In this document: positions 1-8,885 of the stretch, piece by piece
Layout of the letters: each line of letters starts with the position of its first letter
Numbering within the stretch: the stretch's first letter is position 1
Source of the DNA: Ramazzottius varieornatus
Lineage: Eukaryota > Animalia > Tardigrada
Assembly (NCBI GenBank): GCA_001949185.1
Contig: BDGG01000021.1
Coordinates: 1-22,360, forward strand
Direction of reading: 5' to 3'
DNA: 22,360 nucleotides
Notes under the pieces: generated by a model
What the model was told of the DNA's origin: nothing
The model's database searches: none
The model's input: only the letters and a program-made list of their open reading frames with translations
Translations under genes and position numbers: made by a program

Positions 1-202
1 ACTTTCCTCCCTGTTTCCTTCCATCTCCGTAGGTCCTTCGTTGCTTCCTTAGAATTCTCAGACGTCAAAGTTTGCTTAAGTACCCTCGTGGACACGTTTC
101 AGCAAAGATGTCGCGCACCAATGGTACGGGGGACGCTGGACTGGACGGACAGACGACGATGGAAGACGGTAATTTAGTACTGTCTCACTTTGGTCTGTTT
201 CG
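1..202 (+). repeat. Inverted duplicate of the stathmin 5' region (5' leader, coding exon 1, donor and start of intron 1); partner copy at 21828-22031
   Basis: 1-202 matches the reverse complement of 21828-22031 with 2 single-base indels and 2 substitutions. It carries ATG at 108 (MSRTNGTGDAGLDGQTTMED) and a GTAATT donor at 169. No exon 2 follows. It may extend left of the window. Confidence 0.93.
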
Positions 203-452
203 ACTGAGAAAAGCCAGCTACGTGATGTCTGAGAGGAAAATCGTTCGATGTGGAAGGAAAGATTATGGATCATTGGACGCCGTACAACGTGAAAAACGCC
301 GAAGAAAAAGCAAAGCGAACTTTCGCAAAATCATTTCTCCATTATTTGAATGCGTAAAGTGAATTAATTTCATCTGCGTAGGAATGTAAGTCAAACAGAA
401 ACTTTGGTCTCGATTGGAAGAAAGAACGGTTACTCGAGGTGGTCAGTGTAAT

Positions 453-3400
453 TTATGCGGCTGCCTTTGCTTTGGCAGTCAGCTCGTCGGAGAGGTTCTT
501 GACGTAGGCGTACTCCACCAGGAAGTCATACAGCTGCTCTTCCCTCCAGTTGTCGTGGTCCCAGTACCGGAAGTTACCCTACAACGAAGAAACACAAACA
601 TGAGAGACGACCATCTTTGAGTACAGTATTTGGGAGTCGTCAACCTAACCCGACAGAACTGTTTTTCCAAAGTGGCGGACGTTCCTGCTGTTAATTAATG
701 ACAGCGTGCGCCACTCCGAAGGATGAAATGAGATTATTCTAAAGTGGCGCACCGATTCCGGTGTTATAGGCAGAAGAGTGCGCCACTTGGAAACAAACTT
801 GGCAACACTGTTTTCCTAAGTGGCGCACGATCTGGTGTTACTGGCTGAGAGCCTGAGCCACTTGAAACAACGATCTTGTCGAGTTTATCTACACAGCTTC
901 CGGTATGATTACCTTTTCAGAATGCTCCGTCTGCACTCGCGGAAAGTCCATTCTTTGCATCCAGACATTCAGTTTGGTGTGGAAGCTCCAATTTCTGGCT
1001 TCCAGCTCCTTGGCTGCGTTGGCTTTCAACTGAGCATCCTGCGAAAACGAGACCAAGTTCTAACTGTTGCATATGCAGTTAAGCATTCGTAGGAAGGAGG
1101 CCGAATGAACTCGATGAGCCAAACCACTTCAGATTATTTTTGTCTAATTTTGTCAGTTACTGTATTGCTACCTTGTCAAAGTAGAAAAGGTAAAAGAGGA
1201 CATCGGTGGTCAGCCGGAAGCGAACGTGACTTTCAAAGACGGAAGTAGGGCTGGGTGCCGGCGTCGACGGCCCGGCGAACGAGACAGTGGCTGGCGATGG
1301 CGTCGTGTTGGTGAAAACGTACCTGAAGAACCAAATTCCACTTATCATTCGCCAATTGCCAGTAACTGGTACCACAGCAAACAAACTTCATAGGATCGTT
1401 TTCCCAAGTGACGCACGCTGCCAGCTAATGACACTAAACACGTGCGGCCCTTGGAACAACAAGAAAGCTCGACAAGATCGTTTCTCCTAGTGGCGCACTC
1501 TGTCGACTTACAGCACTAAGACCGTGCGCCACTCGACAAGGTCGTTTTTTAGGTGGCGCACGCTACCGGGCAATACCATCGGAAAAGTGCGCTACTTGCG
1601 AAACCAATCTTGTCGAGCTTCTTTGCCAAGCTTCTAATTCACATATTCACTTGAAAAAGTCAGGCTTACTTTTGTCCAACAGGGCCGAAGAACTCGTTGG
1701 CAGGTGGCACCGCTTCCCTGTAGGTGGACATCCAGGTGAAGGGTGCTTCGTACTTGACATCGTTCGGCACCAGTGCGGCCGACCTCAGCGAGTTGATGAC
1801 GGCCGATTCTGCCATGCGCGAGGCCGCTGTACCAGTGGGTAGAGGCCAAGCCAGCTGCAGAGGAGGCCAGGCAGCAGTCATGCTGCCCAGCACAGGCAGA
1901 GAAGGCACAGCCGGCACCTTCCAGCCGCCTGTCGGTCCACTGCTTGAGCTGGACGAAGATGGCGCCGGAGTGGTCAGTGAAGGCACTCTACTGGCTGGCG
2001 CCTTTTCCGAAGAGGGTGGCTCCCTTGGCCAGGGCGGAGGAGCAAGCCTGCAAGCAGAGAGAATCGTCAGGTTCTACTGCGCTGTTCTTATGAAAGGCTA
2101 GCAGATAAAACCTGCATACCCCATGTCAAGCATTAACCACGGTAAACCATTGAGCAGGTACGAGTACATGCCAAACAGCAAATAAAACTATTTCGCGCAC
2201 CTGCGCACGCTATACTACGTACATATAACCATGGTGCCTTAACACTGTAAGCTGGTGCATGCAGCCGAATCTTCACGCTCCTACATACTAACTTCTACTA
2301 ATTATTCACTGTATTCGTTCGTAGGTGAATGAGCAACCGCAAATACAAAACGCGCCGATTTACGCTCACGCCCCTGCATATAGATTTTCTGTTCCAGTTC
2401 AACAACAAGTGTATGCAAGTGAGAACTCTGCCCGCCGCGCTTTCTTTTTGTACCATCGCTCTACTAAGATTTTCGAAAAGAACCAGAGTGGAAAGAGTTG
2501 TCAGTTACTTGGGTGCGATCTCTTTGAAAGTGGAGAAGGGAGTGCGCGCAGGGACGGGATCGGGTGCCTTCTGGAGCGACAGCTTAATCTGGTAGTCCGT
2601 CATCTGCGACTTCTCTTTCGGGCTTCCTTCGGCCACGTTCTCCGTTGTATCCATGTAGGAGGAGGACGGTGGCGTCACGTAGATGGTCCGGGGCTTCTCT
2701 TTCTCGGGCTCGCTGTGCGACGAAGCTGAAGACCTCACGAAATTCGGTGTAGTTTGTGCTGGCAGTGCCGCTGTCGGCGTTGGTGATGCGACCTTGTCCA
2801 CCTGGATACAACACAAATATCCATGAAATGAATCTTGTCATATTTCCACACTAGTACTCCTTATAATCTTATATAACTTTTACGATAAAACTGGACGCTC
2901 GGCCAGCAAACCAGTCAAAAATATTTTTTCTAGTGGTGCACATTTTCAGCCAGTAACAACACTGAAGACGTGCGCCACCTAAAAAACAGAGTGGACACGA
3001 TTTGTTTTCTCAAGTGGGGCACGCTTTCGAAGTCATTGCATAAAAGCGTGCGCCACTTGGAACAAACGTCTTTTCGAGTATGTCTGGCCAAGTGGCGCAC
3101 CCTTCCACAGGTGTTGACGTTGTCAGTGCGCCATCTGGAAAAGCACTCTGGTGGTGTTTGTTAAAGTCCCAGTTTTACACTCAAAATTTGTGAAATCTTC
3201 ACCTGCATGGCTTGCTCGCTTTCCTTCTCCACTTTATCTTCCCACGCATTCCATATCCTTTTCGGTGCCTGAAGAATATTCACTTCGGGTTGCTTGAGAG
3301 GCTGCACCGGATGAGCTGAAATGACAGAAAGTTTTAATTGAATTTAAATGAATTCCATTCAAATTTTTTTCATTCAGTCATTTCAGTGTTTATTTTCCAA

Positions 3401-6400
3401 TTCGAAAAATCAGACTAAGAAATTCCCCCGAAAAAAGATACCAGCAAAACTGTCCAGTAATTTGCTCGCGTACTGGTGGGACGGAGAGGCGGAGGCTTGG
3501 AGCGAGACGAGGCAGTTGTGGCTCTAGTTGAGGGTTGTGAGACCAGCTCAGCAAAGGAGCGACGCCGCGTCGGAAGTTCATTCGGCCTTGGAAGGCCGCT
3601 TTCTCCTACGAAAGACAACAGTTGACTCGACATTAAATTTCTTCTTCAAGCACGAGTGATCAATATACGAACCAGAAGCCAGGGGCAAGGCTACCATGTT
3701 AGAACTACCCGACGTCTTCGCAGGCGAGTTGCCATCTTTCCCAACGGCCAGCTTCTTCGAGTTGGTCCTCTTGATTGTCCTTCCTAAACATCCATCTTAC
3801 TAAAATCTATCTTATGAAAACCAGCTTGCTATTAAGTCAAGCTGAAAATACTGTAGGTAGGAATATTATCGTTGCGGAAAATTGTCAAAAATGAACGTTT
3901 ATGGGGAAAAAGCTGACTTCTCGGAAAATCCATGTGAAAAACTGGGTTCTGCTTACCGACTGTCGGTCTGTGGCCGGCTTGTAAAGACGCTTTGGCTCCG
4001 AATAACCTAAACATAACGACAGAAGACAAGGAAATAATACGTGAAAGTATTGTAGTCGGGAGTGCGCCAAACAAACTTGACAAGATTGTTTTTTTCCAAG
4101 CGGCGCACATTAGTCCTCCTCACGACGAGCTGTTCATGTCGCGAACGGTTGATTTAAAATTTGGGTTTGCTTGATCAACGGAAATTAGTCGTGAGTGAGG
4201 TGAAATTGCGTTATTCGAAAGTCTCGGAAACGGGAGCGGAAATGCGCGAGTTTTGCGGGGTGGGTTTGTAGGCAAACTTTGCCTCCTGACTAAGTTGAAA
4301 TTCATGGTTTTCTCTCTGGCTAGTCTCTGTCTTCCGATATCTCCGACACTAATAGGTATCAAGAAGCCCATACGTGAAACGGTATCTCGCAACGTCAAGC
4401 ACTGTGCAGATAGAGATCAGCTGAGAAATGAAATTTTGAAATTTTGAGTCAAGTGTGCAGAGAATAATCCATTTTCGCTTTCAAGATAAGCTACTCGAGG
4501 GCTCCTTATCTTGAAAGCGAAACTTCGTGATCCACTTTCAAGATCAACACAATCGACGGAGGTTTACAGCCCGTCGTGAGGAGGACTATTAGCTGTATTA
4601 CTAGCCGAAAGCGTTCACCACTTGGAAAACCGATCTGGCCGAATTTACAAGTGGCGCAGCTCTTCCGTGTGGCTGGCTGGTAGTGTGCACGACTTGGGAA
4701 ACCCTCTCACCCAGTTTGTTTGCAATTATATCTTCTCTATAATTTGAAATTACCCAGTGTGGTGGTGATGAGCGCCGTCCGTCTTGGTATGGTGGAGGAA
4801 GATCTTGGAGGTTGCTTTGGACTGTTTGGGCAGTCTAGACTTGGGAGGAACAGCCACGCTCATGACAGACGATCTGGAGTTGGCGGTAGCTACCGAGCTG
4901 ACGTCCGAGAGGGTCACACTCTTGACGCTGGTCGGACTATCCCCTAACACCATGTCCATCGACTCGGACCGGCAACTTTCATCCAGGCTTACCTCGGCTG
5001 TGATAGCCGAAGACTGCTCGGTCGATTTGGATGCCTTCACATCTTCTAAAACAGAAGAAGATGAATAGTACGATATTACCAGATGGAATCTTATTCATTT
5101 ATTCATTCGACAGAGAATTACAACAAACGATGGTTCAAACGGAACGACAACATTTAAAGATGCTTTTTTACGTTTGAAAAAGATTTTAAAATAGCTTCGT
5201 TTCGTTTAAACCATCGTTTGTTGTAAATCTATGTCGAATGTGCAACTTCCCCAATAGGGAAGTGTTTTGTATTTTTATATTTTTTGCGGCCGGTAATCAT
5301 TACTTCTGACATGGTCATCTTAAGTGCCATTCCCTTCACCAATACGGTAACAGTATAAAAGTGCGCCACTTGAAAAGACTCCTTGACCGGCCTCTCAAGT
5401 CTACTGTCCTACCTGGCTGGGCATCAAACTCGATGCCAGTGTAGGTGATGTGGTCGATGTCGGAGAGCATTCCATTGGAAGCGTTCTCCAAGTAATACTC
5501 GAACTCATCTTTCAAGCCCAAGACCAGGTCGGACGCCAACGTTTCGTTGTCGAGCATCCGCAGGATCGTCTCGAACTTGGCCAGGTGAAAGCGGTGCGAC
5601 TTGAGCGTCTTGTCAAGAAATTCCATCTTCTCCAGCTTCTACAACCACACACCACGATTCTTAATTGCCACACCGGCCCTTTGAATCTATCGCTTCAAAC
5701 TGACATCTTTGTCCAGCTTTTTCCGGTTGTTGGCGCCTTCCATCACGTCCAACTCGCTCTCATGCTGCTCGATCTGGCAGTTCAACTTGCTGATCGATTC
5801 CTAAAAAAAGCGCCCATCAAAATACTCACATCCTGTCCTATCGGTAAAGAGATGGTCAGAAGTTAAAAATAACTTGCACGAAGGATACGCATTCCACCTG
5901 ACATTCTCTCTGGAACGGAATTCGGAGCGGGATTCCGAATTCCATTCCGTTCCTACTTTCCGGTTTCCAAAACGGCCCGATCAAAAATCGGAATTCCGAA
6001 ACTGCAGTATAGAAGGCGAAAAACCAGTCGGAAGCTCGGCTTGGCCCCGGCTGACAAGCTCAGCAGGATGATTTGCCAAGTGGCGCATGCTTTCAGCCAG
6101 TCACTTGAATTTGAAATCTGCTCCACTTGCAATAACAATCCCGTCCAGTTTGCCTACCGAGCTTCCAAACAGTTCATGGAACTCGTCACGAAAACTGCTA
6201 GTTCTACCGCGGAAGACCGACTTTCGACGAGCGGAATTCCTGTCTGAAGTTTATAGGCCGATTCCGAATTCCAGCGCTCCAGATCGGGATCAGCCGGGAA
6301 GGAACGGAACTCCTATTCTCCCAGGCGGACTTGGGAAAGGAGCGGAAAACAGAATGCTTATCCTCAACTTACACCGAGCCACGAGCGAGCTTCCCTTCTC

Positions 6401-7224
6401 GCCTTCTCTACGGGATCAACTTTGTCGGAAGCCAGGCCGGCTCGGGAGTACAGCTTCGTCTTAGCTTCCCTCTCATAATCCCTCAACTTCTCCATTCTCT
6501 GTAAACACAACCATCGAAACGAGCTCATAAAAGAATCCTTAGACAGAGGTAGAATACCGTTTCAACTTCTCGTCGGGCTTTCTGGAGAGGCTCGTCTTCC
6601 TTAACAATTCCACCGGCTATCCAGCCCCGCACTTGTTCGCGCATCCGCTATAAACAAGCAATCAAACGTCGATTCAATCAATTGACAACACAAGAAAAGC
6701 CGTGAGCCAGCATATCAGGTACCACTTTATGATTGGTTGCGAGGCTGCGAGCTAAACCAATAAAAGCAGGGGCAGGCGGAGCCTTAAACAACCGACGGAT
6801 AGCGAGAACGGAAGTGACGTCATCGTTCCCACCACAGAACTGAGAATTTGCGATAAAACTGATCAACACTTGTTCTTACTTGGAGTTTCTTGATTTCGCG
6901 ATTCACTTCCTCCTCATATTTCTCCCTCGTCTTTTGCGTCTCGGCCTCTTGGAGCTGGTGGAACAAACGGCAAGACATCATCGTCGGATGATGGATCACA
7001 ACTCACAAGCACGACAAGAAGGGTAAGAACGAGCAAGACCAGAGAATAAAATTCGGATTCGGACTTACGGAATCCCAGCTGCTGTCAAATTCCTCCGCTC
7101 TCTCCTGGATAGCTTTCAGTAGCTTTTCGACCTCGGCTGCAAAGAAGACAGGTGAAACGTTAAGGTACACCGTCACGTTTCACGAAGGGAACTTCTCACT
7201 GTTCAACTTCAACTTTTGGGACAT
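453..7224 (-). CDS. CNOT3: CCR4-NOT subunit Not3/CNOT3-like protein, about 16 exons
   Basis: Spliced N-terminus MSQKLKLNTEVEKLLKAIQERAEEFDSSWDS-LQEAETQKTREKYEEEVNREIKKLQ-RMREQVRGWI...-RMEKLRDYEREAKTKLYSRAGL...HRFHLAKFETILRMLDNE fits the Not3 N-terminal domain. The C-terminal NOT-box exons are 1322-1172 (RLTTDVLFYLFYF), 1038-913 (AAKELEARNWSFHTKLNVWMQR) and 578-453 (GNFRYWDHDNW...FLVEYAYV, TAA at 453-455). Splice phases are consistent except in the low-complexity middle (~3470-3790), where boundaries are uncertain. Confidence 0.9.
630..901. repeat. Intronic palindromic array A: 3 GTGGCGCAC-N-GTGCGCCAC units
   Basis: Left arms at 672, 744 and 820; spacers 25, 25 and 24 nt; right flank CGATCTTGTCGAGTTT. 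Lies in CNOT3 intron 579-912. Confidence 0.85.
1378..1636. repeat. Intronic palindromic array B: 3 units
   Basis: Left arms at 1408, 1490 and 1553; all spacers 25 nt; linkers CTCGACAAGATCGTTT. Lies in CNOT3 intron 1323-1669. Confidence 0.88.
2891..3172. repeat. Intronic palindromic array C: 3 units
   Basis: Left arms at 2933, 3014 and 3092; spacers 28 (AAC duplication), 25 and 25 nt. Lies in CNOT3 intron 2802-3202. Confidence 0.85.
4055..4720. repeat. Intronic palindromic array D: 2 units, the first split by a MITE
   Basis: Left arm GCGGCGCAC at 4100, with its right arm beyond the 4112-4587 insertion. Second unit 4651-4693 has a 25-nt spacer. Confidence 0.8.
4112..4587. mobile_element. 476-bp non-autonomous TIR element (MITE) with 3-bp ATT target-site duplication, possibly PIF/Harbinger-related
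   Basis: 22-bp TIRs AGTCCTCCTCACGACG(A/G)GCTGT at 4112-4133 and 4566-4587 (1 mismatch). ATT at 4109-4111 and 4588-4590. Internal 18-bp perfect stem at 4473-4522. No transposase ORF. The superfamily is inferred from TSD length only. Confidence 0.85.
5104..5240. mobile_element. 137-bp foldback/MITE-like hairpin
   Basis: 44-bp arms CATTCGACA.AGA.TTACAACAAACGATGGTT.AAACG.AACGA at 5104-5147 and 5197-5240 (4 mismatches), with an AT-rich loop. No clear TSD. Intronic. Confidence 0.65.
5324..5369. repeat. Degenerate single unit E of the GTGGCGCAC family
   Basis: Intact right arm GTGCGCCACTTG at 5361; decayed left arm AAGTGCCATTC. Confidence 0.55.
5902..6356. repeat. Nested imperfect foldback of GGAACGGAA/GGAATTCCG motifs enclosing unit F of the GTGGCGCAC family
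   Basis: Paired motifs TTCCGTTCCT/AGGAACGGAA, GGAATTCCG/CGGAATTCC and GGAAGCTCGG(6030)/CCGAGCTTCC(6157). Central unit 6080-6126 has a 29-nt spacer. Lies in CNOT3 intron 5801-6372. Confidence 0.6.
6731..6822. promoter_or_regulatory. Promoter-like motif cluster in a 5' intron of CNOT3
   Basis: Inverted CCAAT boxes (ATTGG ~6732, CCAAT 6757), a GC-rich box, and an overlapping ETS/CRE-like CGGAAGTGACGTCA at 6809-6822. Motif match only. Confidence 0.3.
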
Positions 7225-7501
7225 TTCTTCCAAGGTGGAAAATCCAGATGGATAAAGACTTCTCCGGAGCGACGCGAACGGCGCTGGTGCTTGAATCTGG
7301 ACCTTCCGACTGTGGCCCAGCCTCGACGAGAAATCCTGTAAGTTGTGTGGTGAGGTGAGTTACTACAAAAGAAAAGATGAATGTACAACGACGAAAATGA
7401 ACGGAGGAAAGAAAGACTTTTCCAGTTTTAAATCCTGAATGCGTCCGCTCACTCAGTTGTTAGAAAAGGGACCGACCGATGTTTTTCCATCGTAGGCCGA
7501 A

Positions 7502-8283
7502 ATGAATAGGTGGGCAGAGCCTGCACTGTATACATCCGCCTGCAGGGAAGGCGGAGCAGGTGAAACACGCGGCGACGGAACGGCGGCGGACCGGTTTTGG
7601 AACGGCAACGGATCAGCTGGAACGCCCCTTCATTTTCGATCCACGGTTTGCAGCTTGCGGAAAGTCAAACGAACTGGTTTTTCTTCCTTTCCCGATGTGT
7701 TTCTTCGTACTTTGACTGAAGCTGTGTCAGGTTGATCTTTAGGAAATAGATCTAGTCAACGAGTTCGCACTTTACGCGACGCTCCATTCCAACGCCATAG
7801 GGTTTCTGTACGAGTTGTGCGCCAAGCAGAAGGTGGAAACTCCCAAGATCACCTGCCTGGCTTCGGCGCGCGGCGAATATGTCCTCCGCATGAGGGCTTT
7901 CTCTCTCCAGCATACAGGCATCGGGGCTCACAAGAACGAAGTCAAGACCATCTCAGCCTGCAAGATCCTCATTCAGCTGAGTCACCTCCAAGCACCCACT
8001 TCGGTCGGCGCACTCGGCCAACGTAACGAACCGCCATCGAATGCCGAAATCGAACCACCCCCCCCCCACACAACCCAGTCCGAAGTATGTATTGTGAGAT
8101 CTCTAGGATCGAGATGTGTTTTAGAACTGGGAACCTTACAGTCTTAGTTCGTAGGGAATCTTTGCCAAAGGAGAACGTCGATTCGACTGGCGAGCCGGTG
8201 GCGCCATCTACGCTGAGTTCGGTGGCGGTACCGGCTTTCAACCCCGACAATCCGCTTCTCAGTATCAACTGAATCCTTCGTAA
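7502..8283 (+). CDS. Small protein with one degenerate double-stranded RNA-binding motif (dsRBM-like)
   Basis: Exon 7743-8084 encodes SNAIGFLYELCAKQKVETPKITC...GEYVLRMRAFSLQHTGIGAHKNEVKTISACKILIQL, matching the dsRBM pattern (N..LxELc...P...GxG..K..aK..aa..iL..L). Exon 1 is probably 7502-7645 (phase 0). The last-exon frame is uncertain (stop at 8272 or 8283). Confidence 0.62.
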
Positions 8284-8885
8284 CGCCGACCAGACTTTTG
8301 CGCATGTAATACTACCCAAAGAACAACGAGAAACGTCTTTTGTTTCGTTTCGTTTCTTCTGGATTGTTTGAAAAATTATACTGATTTAATAAAAATTAAA
8401 TAAAAATTAAAATTAAATAAAAATTAAATAAACGACAGGCAAGCCCTGTCGTTTCACGGCCATGGTCCGTCAATAGAGCTGGCCAAGAGTAGGAGAGTAG
8501 GAGCTGGCCAAGAGCGGCCGAAGGTGCACTGAGGTACTTCCGGGTGATGACTCGAGCCGCTCATGACGCTCCGGAAAAAATGTTACATGCTCCGGCACCA
8601 TCTATAGAAACCTAGGAAACATTTTATGTTAAATCATTTTCCTGTCTTAGGACGTACTCGTCTTATTATCCTACATAGTTAGTCTGTCTTGTTCGTCGTT
8701 TTGTCGTCGCTGGAAGCCTGTGTTGGTTATTACTCTGCCGGTGATTACCTTGGTTTACTCGGTTTTCGGTGTTTGTAAAATTACTGTCGAACATTCATTG
8801 GCAGGATTCGGAAACTGAGACTAGATAGGCGAAAAAGATGTTTGCTTATATATGGAGATGACGCAATGAATAGAGTGGACGCAGC

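Noticed and set aside
72-362. 96-aa ORF as an independent gene
   Set aside because: It is the duplicated stathmin exon 1 read through its splice donor into unrelated sequence.
744-786. tRNA or SINE origin of GTGGCGCA (A-box-like)
   Set aside because: No B-box or cloverleaf is present, and the motif is paired with its own reverse complement.
672-1595. CRISPR-like reading of the repeat/spacer arrays
   Set aside because: The spacers are homologous to each other, the arms alternate in inverted orientation, the context is eukaryotic introns and there are no cas genes.
2112-2265. Weak inverted similarity in a CNOT3 intron
   Set aside because: Too degenerate to call by eye.
8386-8514. AT-rich repeats, a 10-bp hairpin and a 14-bp direct repeat
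   Set aside because: Too short and unspecific to support an element or RNA gene.
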